Shown here: piece after piece, positions 10,478 through 22,028 of the stretch | Layout of the letters: each line of letters opens with the position of its first letter | Position numbering within the stretch: the first letter of the stretch is position 1 | IMG/VR virus record: IMGVR_UViG_2600255157_000003 | Origin: an uncultured virus (IMG/VR IMGVR_UViG_2600255157_000003) | Taxonomy: Duplodnaviria > Heunggongvirae > Uroviricota > Caudoviricetes | Reading direction: 5' to 3' (one strand) | Length of the DNA stretch: 64,000 nucleotides | The notes under the pieces: generated by a model | What the model was told of the DNA's origin: nothing | The model's database searches: none | What the model saw: only the letters and a program-made list of their open reading frames with translations | Translations under genes and position numbers: made by a program

Positions 10478-12439
10478 TTAAGATGTGATCATCTGAACAA
10501 ATTGATTTTCGCTTATAATCGGTATTCCCAAATCTTTCGCCTTTTTATTTTTACCTGATGTACTTGTAACATCATTATTGATAAGATAATTTGTTCTTGA
10601 GCTAACTGATCCTGATACTTTACCTCCCAACTGTTCAATAATATTTATAAGTTCGTCACGGTTTTTATAATGATTTAAGCTACCAGTAATTACGAAAGTT
10701 TTGTTTGATAAGTCTGCATTATTACTACTCTCACTCTTCGTTTCAAAGATAAATTCATCAGCCAATGTAAATATCTTCATGTGATTTTCTCGCAAATAAT
10801 CATGTAACGACTGGTTCATATTATCTCCAAATCCATCAATCTGACTATAATGCGTTACTATTCCATCTGTTCTAAACTTTTTATAATCATATTTAAAGAA
10901 TTTTGCAATTTCTTTACTTGCCGTTCTGCCAATCAGAGGAATACACAGTCCATAAATGAATCTATCCAATGTAGTATTTCTACTTTTCTCAATATTCTCT
11001 AATAGTTTATCTACAGACTTTTCTCCAAAACCAACAGTATGATATTTCCATAAATAAATTTGGTTTTCCTTTAAATTATATAAATCTTTAAACGACTTAA
11101 CCCATCCTCTTTCAATCAATAATTGCAGCGTTGCTTCGCTCATACCATCTATATTGATTGCATTTTTACTTACAAAATGAACAAGTTTTCCTAACAACTT
11201 AGCTTTACAATCTGGATTCATACAATGTAATGTCTTGCTTCCATTTTCATTATGTATTTCTACGTCTCCCCCACAGCACGGACATTTATCTGGTAACTTC
11301 CATGCATTACTCCTCGTAAGATTACTGTGTACTTTTGGAATTACCATATTTGCACGATACACTTGAATTGTATCTCCAATACCCAATTGCAAATTTTCTA
11401 TATAAGAAACGTTATGTAATGTAGCTCTGGTTGTAATGGTTCCATCTAAATCTACAGGCTCAAACACCGCAACGGGATTTATCAAACCAGTTTTAGAGGT
11501 ATTCCACTCAATATCTTTAAGTTTTGTTTCATACGGCTCATCTTCCCACTTTAATGCCATTCTACAGCATTCATGATGTGAAGTTGATCCTAAAGATTCG
11601 GATAATTTACGACTGTCTAACTCGAAAATAATTCCGTCTGTTGGATATTGATAAAACTCTGGCTGCAATGCATTACTTACTTGATCAACTGTACTATTTA
11701 ATTTTGTTATCGGAACAATTTCAAACCCCATATTATGTACATCAATTAGCGTTTCAGATTTACTATCTTCTTTCATATCTGTCACACACTCAAATACTAC
11801 GAAAGACAAATTTCTATCTTTAATGATATTTAAATCAAGATTTCGTAATGTTCCAGATGCTAGATTTCGAGGATGTGAATATGGTGTATCTAAGTTTCTA
11901 TTGATTCTTTTAAATTCATCCCAAGAAATTACACATTCTCCACGTAATTCTAAGTTGCTTTTATAAGGAATGGTCATAGGAAGATTTTTAATAAATCTGC
12001 ATTGTTCCGTTACATCTTCGCCTTCTATTCCTGTACCCCTTGTGATTCCCTGTGCAAATTCACCATTTTTGTACCTAACCACAACCGTTAATCCATCAAG
12101 TTTGTAGGAACCGTAGAATCTATTATTAGTAACAAATTTTTCAATTTCTTTTGTGTCTTTTGTTTTATTTGCACTCAGCATTGGTTTTGTGTGTTTTACT
12201 TTTGTAAACCCATTCAATAAATATCCCTGTACTTTTATTGTTGGCGATCCTGCTAATACACAATTTGTTTCTTTCTCTAAGGTCGATAATTCATCATACA
12301 AATCATCATATTCTTTATCTGTCATCAATGGTCTATCTAAGCCATAATAGGCATATGATGCTTTTTGTAGTATACTAGTTAATTCTTTGTACTTTATCCA
12401 ATCACATTCTCCTTCCATTGAAAGACTTGTTTTATCCAT
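10478..12439 (-). CDS. ligA: NAD-dependent DNA ligase
   Basis: KLDG, TRGTGIEGED, RNLASG, Zn finger CPCC..C..C, HhH, C-terminal BRCT. Confidence 0.96.
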   Translation of the reverse strand: MDKTSLSMEGECDWIKYKELTSILQKASYAYYGLDRPLMTDKEYDDLYDELSTLEKETNCVLAGSPTIKVQGYLLNGFTKVKHTKPMLSANKTKDTKEIEKFVTNNRFYGSYKLDGLTVVVRYKNGEFAQGITRGTGIEGEDVTEQCRFIKNLPMTIPYKSNLELRGECVISWDEFKRINRNLDTPYSHPRNLASGTLRNLDLNIIKDRNLSFVVFECVTDMKEDSKSETLIDVHNMGFEIVPITKLNSTVDQVSNALQPEFYQYPTDGIIFELDSRKLSESLGSTSHHECCRMALKWEDEPYETKLKDIEWNTSKTGLINPVAVFEPVDLDGTITTRATLHNVSYIENLQLGIGDTIQVYRANMVIPKVHSNLTRSNAWKLPDKCPCCGGDVEIHNENGSKTLHCMNPDCKAKLLGKLVHFVSKNAINIDGMSEATLQLLIERGWVKSFKDLYNLKENQIYLWKYHTVGFGEKSVDKLLENIEKSRNTTLDRFIYGLCIPLIGRTASKEIAKFFKYDYKKFRTDGIVTHYSQIDGFGDNMNQSLHDYLRENHMKIFTLADEFIFETKSESSNNADLSNKTFVITGSLNHYKNRDELINIIEQLGGKVSGSVSSRTNYLINNDVTSTSGKNKKAKDLGIPIISENQFVQMITS

Positions 12440-12818
12440 TTAAAAAATTTGCCACTGATTCAATAGAATCAAAACACCTAACTCCATTTCCCCTCAATAA
12501 GTTCTCAACGGCTTTCAAACTATGACTCATCTGTTTTGTAAAATTTCTTTCGTCTTCTTTATATAAATTAAGAAACAACGTCTTTTCTGGTCGCTTGTTA
12601 GAATCATCTACAACTTCAGCAATCGAATAGACCCCCTTGATGCCATTTGTAATTCCATACAAAACATAATCAGAAGTCTCTCTTTCATGTACTTCTTTTA
12701 ATCTATCTTCTTCACTCCAATTCCTTACAATCGGATTATAGAAGTCACATTTGAGTAATGGCTGCAGTTTATCTCTCCACTTCCATCCAGAACAAGTACC
12801 GCCTAAAAATACTTTCAT
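12432..12818 (-). CDS. Nucleoside 2-deoxyribosyltransferase-like protein
   Basis: KVFLGGTC..WKWR, FYNP, YSIAE. Confidence 0.65.
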   Translation of the reverse strand: MKVFLGGTCSGWKWRDKLQPLLKCDFYNPIVRNWSEEDRLKEVHERETSDYVLYGITNGIKGVYSIAEVVDDSNKRPEKTLFLNLYKEDERNFTKQMSHSLKAVENLLRGNGVRCFDSIESVANFLNG

Positions 12819-12875
12819 ATCATATATTCTCCTTTTCTTTCTATAAAAGCGTGGTTCTATTGATTTTTCTTATAA

Positions 12876-13788
12876 TCATTCAAATCTTACTTCTTCCATA
12901 GAAACAACTTTAAACCATCCAGGATTCAAACCAATCTTTTGATGAAATTCAAACATTAACTCTGATAGCTTATCCTCTAACCATTTTCTCTCTTCGTCAG
13001 TTACACCATCATAAATGTATGTATCGCATCCAGAGTCATCACAATATGCTTCGTCTAACTCCTCCATAATTCTATCTGGATCAGGATCAGTTCTCAGTGG
13101 AACAAGTTCACATTCTCCAACATAAATTGTTGGATTATCTGTAAATAAACTTCTTTCAATCCATTCTCTACATCCTAAAGCATCCTGTATTGCTTCTTCT
13201 TTTGTATCAAATGTGCCATGTGCCCAATTTTCATCATTTGTTTCGTTCCACGACCATAACATTTATTTTTACCTCTCAATCATTTCAAATGCTTTTCTCA
13301 TACCTTCCATGAAGTCAGTCCCATCCGCATTATCATCTATATACTTCTCCAATTTATCTATCTGTTCATTTAAATAATCCAAACTTTCTAATATATCACC
13401 ATAATCGTTACATCTTTGTTCTAATTCATCTTTCTCACTTTCTAACGCCTGATATGCTGCAAACAATTCTTCACTTGGTTCTCCACATATCTCTTCTACT
13501 TTCTGAGAAAATTCACTACCAATATTTTCAGATACAATTCTGATAACATCTGACAAGTCTTTAACTTGCTCCCAGTTTTCGCTTATCATTATCATAAAAA
13601 TGTCACATCCTATCTCTAATGTTATCAGCCATTCTTTTGTATACTCTATTAATTTTTTCTCTACTATTCAAATCATCTTTAAGCATTTTTATCAGTCCAG
13701 AAATGTAATCATCTGGTAAAGTATCCATTTCTACTTCCAACTCTGTTTCGTTTTCAATTTTATAGAATTTCACTCCATATTGTTTCAT
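12876..13788 (-). CDS. Three small acidic hypothetical ORFs (12876-13262, 13269-13595, 13603-13788)
   Basis: Tightly packed co-oriented ORFs with RBSs. Confidence 0.55.
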
Positions 13789-13818
13789 TTTTCTATCACC
13801 TGCCTTAAAACGAGCGAT

Positions 13819-14700
13819 TCATTGTTTGTACTCAAATTTATTTAACCACTCTTCTACAGGTTTCTTTTTACTCTTTCCATTAATATTGCCCTTGGTTCTC
13901 CCTTGAGAAAGTAGATAATTTTTATTTGAGCCTTCTAATTTAATGCCTTCAGATATGTAAATGGGTGCATTGTTCCATATTTGTCTTTCTAGTTCATATA
14001 CATTAAACGAATATCCATATTGTTGAGTATTTTGATATGGCGGATCAATATATATGATAATATTTTTATTCTTTTTAATATCCCATTCTTCATCAAGAAT
14101 ATATATAAAATCAAATACATCCATACAATAGCCATGTAATCCTTCTGCATATTTGCAAAGCAACTCTATTCTTTTATATAAATTATCTGGCATTGGCATC
14201 ATGGGATTTACAGGACTCTTTCTGTTACTTGTTTTTGTTGGCAACCAATAATCTCTTAATCCTCCTGCCTTACACCATTTATTATTTTCTACCCATGTTG
14301 CTGTTGAACCAAAAGCACATGCTTGTAAAAATAAGAAGTGATATGGCAACATATTTTTATCAACAGTATTTGAAATAATATTAGAAGCATATTGCTTTAT
14401 TTTTGTTATATCTCTTGGAATAGAATTGACAAAATCATTAAACAGTGATAATTCAAATGTACTATTGCCAATCATTTGCCAAACCAAACCCCAAGGAGAC
14501 TTATCCACCATATGAATATTTTGAGGTTTAACTCCTCGATTAAGTAATTCTACACTTATTGCTCCACTCCCACAGCAAATATCATAAAACTGTGTACTAT
14601 CATTGATTCTATTTTCTTCAAAAAATATATCTACGATCTGTTTTGCTAGTCGTTGTTTACCACCCTGATAACTGCAAGGAATTTCTAATTTTGATGTCAC
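13819..14700 (-). CDS. Dam-like (D12 class) DNA adenine methyltransferase
   Basis: SYQGGKQRLA, YDICCGSG, IDPPY. Confidence 0.85.
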   Translation of the reverse strand: MTSKLEIPCSYQGGKQRLAKQIVDIFFEENRINDSTQFYDICCGSGAISVELLNRGVKPQNIHMVDKSPWGLVWQMIGNSTFELSLFNDFVNSIPRDITKIKQYASNIISNTVDKNMLPYHFLFLQACAFGSTATWVENNKWCKAGGLRDYWLPTKTSNRKSPVNPMMPMPDNLYKRIELLCKYAEGLHGYCMDVFDFIYILDEEWDIKKNKNIIIYIDPPYQNTQQYGYSFNVYELERQIWNNAPIYISEGIKLEGSNKNYLLSQGRTKGNINGKSKKKPVEEWLNKFEYKQ

Positions 14701-14767
14701 TTTAACTACTTAGAGCAAATCATGATTTTCTGTGCGCACAAATCTCTTTACCCCTTTCATTATATTT

Positions 14768-15041
14768 TATTTCTCCTCCTGAAACTTATCTAACATTTCA
14801 TCATAATAAGCAATCTTTTCTTTGATATAATCAATCACCATATCTTCAAATTGCTCCATAGCATCTTCTATCGACTCAGCAAATTCTTCATCATGTTCTA
14901 CATTCAATAAGTCCGACACATAAATATAATTCTCCGAGTCTTTTTTTGTCTTGAATGAATTTGAGAATTATTTCATCATCATAGAATTGAGTAAAATTTA
15001 ACAACCAGTATCTATTTCATATTCTCTGATTTTATCAATCA
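14768..15041 (-). pseudogene. Frameshifted small acidic ORF
   Basis: Coding-like segments switch frame, once at an A8 run (14941-14948). Confidence 0.35.
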
Positions 15042-16192
15042 TTATAATCTCCGTTTATAATCTGTAAAATTTGTCTTACCAGTTCTGTCATTCGTTCCGA
15101 ATCGCCACTAAACATTTCTCCTGTGGTTTTTATTTGATATTCCCATTGATCCTTTGATGCAATTTCTACAGGGACATCGTGATACACCACTGTTCCTGTA
15201 GGAACACTCCATTCTGGATCATATTCATGCCTGTACTCTTTCGTTAATCTTTTTAAACTATTTTGACAACCTTTTTCGTACATTTTTGAATTGCTTCTAT
15301 TTGTATGATATGCTCTTGCGTAACTTACTCCTTCTATTTTCATGGGTTTAAATTTATTAATAATCAAAAGAACACCATCTGTAATTCTATAAATATCTTG
15401 ATACTCTGTTTTTGCTAATACTTCCAAGTTTTTAGTCCCTCCTCAACAGTTAAAACCTATCTTTCATTGCCTATTTGTTTACCATTTCACATATTTATCT
15501 GGTCTTGTTTCAATCCAATAAGAAACAAATCTTTTCATAAATTTACTTTCTTTTATGTAATCATAAGCAGATGAATTTCCGCTTACGCCAATACCTTTTT
15601 CATTCAGATACATTTTTAATTGATTAGAAACCATCTCATTATGATCTATCCATATAATTCCAAGATTAGGTTCTTTCGATAAAAAATCAACAGAACTATC
15701 AATATATCCTTCATGTAATTTTTCTACTTCTCCATTTCCAAAATACTCGTAAATCACAATTGGATAGTTTCTACGACTTGAAAATTGATAACTCTTGTCT
15801 GTATCTATAATTATTTCCCTCATTTATCTTATATCCTCATATTCTAAAATCTGAAATTCTTCAGGAATACAGCTGTAATCGCTTAGACACCTTTCCATAA
15901 TTTGCTTATTAAAATTGTATTTCTTCCATTTAATTTCCCATCTTTCATCATCAAATAGAATAAACTGATCTAGTCTTCTTCCTCTCAGGTCGCCTATTCT
16001 ATTTTCGTATAATCCAAATATTTCTGTTCCATCTTTTAGACGTATGTAACTTTGTTTATAATTATATATTGCTACATCTTCTTTATTATTTTCTGCAAAT
16101 TTTCTAAGTCCATCTTGTGTAAGCTGCGAATTATATCCTATAAATCCTATTTTTAGTGGTACTACTTGTTCTATTTCTCTTATAATTATCAC
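15035..16192 (-). CDS. Three hypothetical phage ORFs (15035-15427, 15479-15823, 15824-16192)
   Basis: Co-oriented, abutting, with RBSs. Confidence 0.55.
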
Positions 16193-16575
16193 CTACTTTT
16201 CTATTAAGTCTTTCTTTGTTTCCTCAGCTCTCTCCAAGAACCATTCCACCTTTTCGTTTACTAATGAATTAAACAACTCAACACATTCTTCACATGTGTC
16301 AGCATATACTCTTGATAAAATGCTAACCGCTTTTGACTTTGCAAATTCTATTTCGCTACCCTTTCTAAAATGTACAAAGAATGATGAATACGAGTTTCTT
16401 TTGATATCTCATATCCTCTATATAGTTCATATATAGTTTTGAAATTAAACGCATAGTGTTTTTTGTTCTTGAATTTGATATTATTGATTCCATTATAACT
16501 TTTATATATTATTTATTTTTTTCTTATTATGTGATATAATTATTTATATAATCTATCAAATTAAACAATATACTT

Positions 16576-17205
16576 ATGAGGAGGATATATATTATGAATT
16601 GGTGGGAATCAAGCACACTTTGGGGAATCATTGGTTTAATTGGTGGGTTTTTAATTAGTTCATTTTATTATTTTTTAGGCAAAACTAGGAAATCTTTAAT
16701 ATTTTATATTGAAACTTCTACATTAATTTCAAATAATGTAATTAAATTAGAGGGACTTGATATAAAATTTGACAATAAACCTATAACTTATCTCTATTGC
16801 TCGACAATACGGTTTAAAAATAGCGGAAATACTATTATTAAACCTACTGACTTTGAAACTTCAAATCCTTTGTCAATTATTATAAATAGAGAATCTATAG
16901 ATTATGATATACAGGTACAAATATTAAAAGAAAACAACATAAATAATACATATTATTTAATTAACGCTATTGAAGATAACATTTGCTACAAAGCAATTAT
17001 TGACTTTGAATATATTCCCAAAAAAGAAACACTTTCTTTTATAATTTTTCATACAGAATCCATATCAATAGTTGGCAAAATGCAAGACGGTAAATTAAAG
17101 AATAACGAATCACTTAAATGGATAATTTATGTAATATATTTAATAGTCTTTTTATGCATGGGTATTGCAGCTTTTATATTTGGAGTTCTTTCTAAGCATA
17201 TTTGA
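16576..17205 (+). CDS. Moron-like membrane protein with N- and C-terminal TM helices (likely start 16594)
   Basis: Opposite strand, very AT-rich, own TGATATAAT -10 and GAGGAGG RBS; two hydrophobic segments. Confidence 0.75.
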   Translation: MRRIYIMNWWESSTLWGIIGLIGGFLISSFYYFLGKTRKSLIFYIETSTLISNNVIKLEGLDIKFDNKPITYLYCSTIRFKNSGNTIIKPTDFETSNPLSIIINRESIDYDIQVQILKENNINNTYYLINAIEDNICYKAIIDFEYIPKKETLSFIIFHTESISIVGKMQDGKLKNNESLKWIIYVIYLIVFLCMGIAAFIFGVLSKHI

Positions 17206-17229
17206 AAGTCCTATTTCATCTGTATATCC

Positions 17230-17277
17230 AGTCTATATATAGTAGCTTATAGTTTTGCAAACTGCTATATATAGACT
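17230..17277. terminator. Hairpin between convergent genes
   Basis: AGTCTATATATAGTAG / CTGCTATATATAGACT followed by a T run. Confidence 0.6.
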
Positions 17278-17287
17278 ATTTTTTATG

Positions 17288-18031
17288 TTACATCTGCATT
17301 AAAAGTGTCCTAATGGGTTCCCTTGTCATATTTTCTTTCGCCCATGAAATATATCCAGGATCACTTTTAGCAACGTCAATCAGTTTCTCTCCACTATGTT
17401 TACCAAAATTAAATATGTATTCCTCTAACTTAGGAATTTCTTTCTTTGGTGCTTCGTGGCCATCAAAAAGCACCTCAATATCTTTTCTACTTGCTAGATA
17501 ATCCGCAAGATGTAGAATTTTTTGATACTTATTTTCAGGTAAAGGAAGAACCGTTTTACTTCTCTTATCTGTATTCCATTGTCCCATATGGCTCTCAATT
17601 GCATTTGCAACAAATTCAACTTCTTCCTCTGGGATAAAACCAATAATAGTACGGATCTCATTCGCAGCTAAAAGCGGATGCTCAAATCTTGTAAACTTAT
17701 TTCTTGCATAATCTTCATCATCGCCACTCTTTCTGGAGTCGTGCATAATGCCAGCCACACGAAGTAAATCTCTTTCTCTTGATGTAAAATCATTCTTGTA
17801 ACAGTCAATGTTTAAAATGTGATTCAAGAATCTTACTAACGCACAAGTATGTCTTGCCAATCCTAAATCACCAAGTGCATACTGTGGATGATATTTACCC
17901 GTGCTTGAAGCACCAACATCCCAAAAATAATTAGGAATCGTTTCAATACATTCATTTGCAAAATTCTTAATATCATCATTTTCAAATGTATCTAATAATG
18001 AATCAAAAATTTTAGATTTCTCGTTTCTCAA
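17288..18031 (-). CDS. HD-domain phosphohydrolase with short C-terminal FGKHxG domain
   Basis: RHT, MHD, HP, SHMG, ADYLAS. Confidence 0.8.
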   Translation of the reverse strand: MRNEKSKIFDSLLDTFENDDIKNFANECIETIPNYFWDVGASSTGKYHPQYALGDLGLARHTCALVRFLNHILNIDCYKNDFTSRERDLLRVAGIMHDSRKSGDDEDYARNKFTRFEHPLLAANEIRTIIGFIPEEEVEFVANAIESHMGQWNTDKRSKTVLPLPENKYQKILHLADYLASRKDIEVLFDGHEAPKKEIPKLEEYIFNFGKHSGEKLIDVAKSDPGYISWAKENMTREPIRTLLMQM

Positions 18032-18044
18032 TATATACTTCTCC

Positions 18045-18575
18045 TTATCTCAAATAATTTTTCAAATAATACTCAAAATACTTCTTTATAAATAAAGCCG
18101 AATACTTATTATCTGGCATGAAAAATACTGGAATATTATATTTGAACCAGAAACTATGTAATGATGCTAAAAACGACTTTTTATTATACTGTGTATTATA
18201 ATTTCCATTCGCCACATCAGAATAATTTGCATTTTCTATCAGCAATACTTTCTCTTTTGGAGCAAGACTCAGTTCCTTTTCAAAACGATCACGCTCTTTT
18301 GTCAGATTTCCGCTAATTTCTTCAAGACTTGCTTTCCTCTCAATGCAAACCTTTTTATTGAAATACATATCCCTTGGTATGGATAATTCTTCGTTCCTTG
18401 GTAATGCAAAACTGTAATCTCCGTATTCCAGTGCTTTCTTCTTATAGCAAATTCCATTTTTATCAAAACTGGAAATGATGTGATCGTTGACCTTTTCCCT
18501 GGAGTCAACCAAAATAATCATGGAAGACACCAGTTCATCAATTTCCTTGTCTGTGTATTTGTAACAACTAATTAT
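18045..18575 (-). CDS. ERCC4-domain nuclease; proposed ATA start at 18575
   Basis: VDSREK, GDY, IERKASLEE; GGAGGTG RBS 7 nt before an in-frame ATA. Confidence 0.8.
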   Translation of the reverse strand: MISCYKYTDKEIDELVSSMIILVDSREKVNDHIISSFDKNGICYKKKALEYGDYSFALPRNEELSIPRDMYFNKKVCIERKASLEEISGNLTKERDRFEKELSLAPKEKVLLIENANYSDVANGNYNTQYNKKSFLASLHSFWFKYNIPVFFMPDNKYSALFIKKYFEYYLKNYLR

Positions 18576-21500
18576 GAAGTATCACCTCCGAGTCATCTGT
18601 TATCTTTCTATAATCGTTTATCCACCACACAAATTCATTGAGTACTGTTTCCCATCCGTCTTCACCTTTTCTTTTTCTTGGTTCTTTATCACATCTAGCC
18701 ATATATACAACATCACCATTTTCAACTGGAACTTCTGAATAACTTACCTTGATTTTTTTATCCTTTTTCACAAGTCTGCTATGAATCTTCATATCACAAA
18801 TCTGACCATTTTTCAGGCAGTATGCTTTGAACTTCGGAGAATAGGTTGTGTCTATATCAAGAATAACAATATATCTGACATCTAGTTTTGGATTTACATA
18901 TTCCACATAACCCAAGTGTTCTATTTGATATTTTATTCTCTGTGACAAGCTGCATCTATCAACATACAGTCCTGATGTGGTAAGTATGCTTTTCAACAAT
19001 CCCTTCATATCTACATTAGAAAATCTTCCTGTTACAGTTTTTGTAGCAAATTGTTTTTTCTGTTCCTCTGTCACCTCAAATTTTTTGAACACTTTTTTAC
19101 TACTATATCCGTTAAAAACCTTGTTTTTTCCTTCTGTTTTATACTTGATGCAATCTTTCAATTTATCTAATGCTTGCTGATCGTCATATCCAAGAGATTT
19201 AACAAACTCTACACAATCAATCTCTTCAACGCTTGTAAACGTCTCTTTTTCAGCAAATTTCCTTATAACAGATTCATCTATGTGTAGTTGTTGTAACTTA
19301 TCATCTTTCCTTATCTGCTGTTTATCGTATAGTAAATCAAACTTTTCAGCGATGTCTAAAAGCCTGTTTATATCACCAAATTCTTCAAAGAAGTCAATTT
19401 TGATAAGAATATCTAACTGTCTACTATTCAATGATGTTTTTTCTTTAAGGTAATATAGTAGGTCTACAAAATCATCAAAATTGTAACCAGACATTTCATA
19501 TAACTCATTCGCCACATTCTCATTCATGTATTTAATTGAACCAATACCCTTATAAATCGTATTTGTTTCTTTGTCGCAGAAATATCCTGCTCTTGAATAT
19601 CTGAATTTAGGGGATTGGAATGTAATACCGCCCTTCTTTGCGTATGCTGTTAATGACTTCGTTTTTTCTTCTTTGTCTTTGTTAATATTTAGTGCCGTTG
19701 TTAAAAACTCTAGCGGATAATGCGTTCTTAAATACCCAGAAACATATCCCTCATAACTATATGGCTGAGAATGATTCAATGAGAATAGGTATGCGCTTGC
19801 ATCTTCTATAACCTGAATGAAAGCGACAATATCCTGCTCAGACTTTTCTTCTTCAATGCCATACACTTCTTTCATTGTTTCAATGTAGCCTTTAATTTGA
19901 TGATCCGATTTATCTGTAAGCAATCCACCGTTCTTAATAATCGGTATATATTTATCTGTACCAGTTTTCTTTGCGAAACCACGCCTTACAATATCAGCTT
20001 CTCCCATTGTGAATCCGCAGTATTGATGTAGAAACGCAATGATCTGTTCCTGAAATACCAGATAGCCAAATGTGTTAGATAGGAAATCATCTATCGGCTT
20101 AGATCCCGTTTTCCTTACAACTCCACTTGCCAAATCTTCACGGTATGATGCCCCAGCAGGTCTTATTGCGCTGTTTCCAATGCTTAACAGTGTCATTCTA
20201 TCAACATTCTCATTTACTTCTTGAAAACGCTTGATATTTTCATCAGACAAAAGTTTCTTTATATAACTATCTCCAGTGTTACCTTCCCATTGGAATATCT
20301 GTGTTGTATCGTCTCTTATAGAATTCCACACATTCACATCAGTAATATCTACATTATCTGGCGTTAATCTCTCAATACCAGCAAGTTTGCAAGTATCATT
20401 TATAAGCTCTATGGTATCAAGTCGAAGCAAATCGAGTTTCACATAATTCAAACCGTCAATTTCTTTCATGTTAATTTGACTTATGGGATAATTAGATGTC
20501 GAAGTTGTAAAGGTACCAAATCTGTCTGTAATAGTAAACGGTGCTACTACGCATCCACAAGGATGAGAGCCTACAGAGACTATGGTTCCTTTTATCATAT
20601 CTACATACTTAAACAATTCTTTGTATTTTTCTCTACTTTTTTCATACAATTCTTCATTATCTACTGAGTCACATATCGTAGAAACTTCTGCAAGTGGAAT
20701 CCCTAACGCTCGTCCAACATCTCTAATGGCTCCCTTATCTGCAACGGTATTAAATGTAACAATGTCGCAACAATACAGACCTGTTTTTGAAAATATATAC
20801 TTTTTTACTTCTTCAATCCTTGATGGCGGGAAGTCTGTGTCAATATCAGAAAGACTAACTCTCTCTGTGTTCATGAAGCGTTCAAAATTCAGATTATGCT
20901 TGATACTGTCCATTTCTGTAATACCAAGTAGCCAGGCTATAACGCTGCCATTTACAGATCCCCTCCCATATCCGACCATAATATCATTTTCAATACACCA
21001 GCTTATGATATCATCCATCAGTAGCATGAAATCAATTGCCCCGTTATGCTCATATGCCTTTAATTCATGCTTTATCCTGTCTATGTATTCTTGATAGTTT
21101 GGGTATTTATCAACGCCACGTTTCTTAATGCCTTGCATGATTTTATTTTGAAATGTCTTCATGGGATTTTCCCACAAATGCGGATACTTATATGTTCTGT
21201 CAATATTAAATTCTTCAATCATATTCGCTAAAACATTCGTGTTGTTTATCGCCTCTTTAACAACTTCCACAGGAAGTGAACCTTGTTTTTCATATGCTGT
21301 AACAAGCTCTTCATAAGACTTAAATGTTAAATCCCACGATTCCTCATCTGCAAAAAATACACCTTTTGATTTTTGCAAAATACTTCTTCCCTCTAAATGC
21401 TCTGTATTTAGCGCATGAGTATCTGTGCCAGTAATTAAAGGAACGCCTATTTCATCACTTAACACTTTTAGATATTTATTATATTCCTTTTGTCCATCAT

Positions 21501-22014
21501 CAATATGGTGCTGAATTTCCAAAAAACACCTATGTCTGTTTCTTTGCAGAAAACATATAAACCGATTTCTTATATCATCATTGCCTTTGTGTAAAATGCC
21601 ACCAAGACAAGCTGTACTAATAATAATATTGTCGCTCGTTTTTTCTAGGTCATCATACAAAATTCTGGGCATATAATAGAAATGACCATCGTTGCGATTA
21701 TACGAATCTGAAACAAGCTGATTCAGTTCAAGAACTCCATCATAGTTTTTTGCAATCAAAACGCAATGGTAGTTGTCTCTTTTCTTGTCTTCTAAAGATT
21801 CTGTTATATACGCTTCGATACCATGAATATACTTCATGCCAGCCTTTTCAACTTCTTCTTTTTTATGAATCCACTCAAATATATTTCCATGCTCTGTGAA
21901 ACAAATAGCAGACATTCCAAGTTCTTTTGCTCTTGCAATATAATCTCTGAAATTAGTTATACTATCTATATTTGTTGTTCCGTTTGACAGCATACTATGT
22001 ATATGGATTTTCAC
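18568..22014 (-). CDS. dnaE: DNA polymerase III alpha subunit; 5' end separated from its RBS by an IS
   Basis: PHP domain (HIHS, TEHG, TDTH), GRGS, SDIDTD, GSHPCG, KLDLL, FQEQ. Confidence 0.93.
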   Translation of the reverse strand: MKIHIHSMLSNGTTNIDSITNFRDYIARAKELGMSAICFTEHGNIFEWIHKKEEVEKAGMKYIHGIEAYITESLEDKKRDNYHCVLIAKNYDGVLELNQLVSDSYNRNDGHFYYMPRILYDDLEKTSDNIIISTACLGGILHKGNDDIRNRFICFLQRNRHRCFLEIQHHIDDGQKEYNKYLKVLSDEIGVPLITGTDTHALNTEHLEGRSILQKSKGVFFADEESWDLTFKSYEELVTAYEKQGSLPVEVVKEAINNTNVLANMIEEFNIDRTYKYPHLWENPMKTFQNKIMQGIKKRGVDKYPNYQEYIDRIKHELKAYEHNGAIDFMLLMDDIISWCIENDIMVGYGRGSVNGSVIAWLLGITEMDSIKHNLNFERFMNTERVSLSDIDTDFPPSRIEEVKKYIFSKTGLYCCDIVTFNTVADKGAIRDVGRALGIPLAEVSTICDSVDNEELYEKSREKYKELFKYVDMIKGTIVSVGSHPCGCVVAPFTITDRFGTFTTSTSNYPISQINMKEIDGLNYVKLDLLRLDTIELINDTCKLAGIERLTPDNVDITDVNVWNSIRDDTTQIFQWEGNTGDSYIKKLLSDENIKRFQEVNENVDRMTLLSIGNSAIRPAGASYREDLASGVVRKTGSKPIDDFLSNTFGYLVFQEQIIAFLHQYCGFTMGEADIVRRGFAKKTGTDKYIPIIKNGGLLTDKSDHQIKGYIETMKEVYGIEEEKSEQDIVAFIQVIEDASAYLFSLNHSQPYSYEGYVSGYLRTHYPLEFLTTALNINKDKEEKTKSLTAYAKKGGITFQSPKFRYSRAGYFCDKETNTIYKGIGSIKYMNENVANELYEMSGYNFDDFVDLLYYLKEKTSLNSRQLDILIKIDFFEEFGDINRLLDIAEKFDLLYDKQQIRKDDKLQQLHIDESVIRKFAEKETFTSVEEIDCVEFVKSLGYDDQQALDKLKDCIKYKTEGKNKVFNGYSSKKVFKKFEVTEEQKKQFATKTVTGRFSNVDMKGLLKSILTTSGLYVDRCSLSQRIKYQIEHLGYVEYVNPKLDVRYIVILDIDTTYSPKFKAYCLKNGQICDMKIHSRLVKKDKKIKVSYSEVPVENGDVVYMARCDKEPRKRKGEDGWETVLNEFVWWINDYRKITDDSEVILHN

Positions 22015-22028
22015 ATAATTATTACTAA

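Noticed and set aside
5181..22014. Inteins or introns in nrdD, ligA or dnaE
   Set aside because: Lengths are ordinary and I saw no splicing motifs or homing endonuclease.
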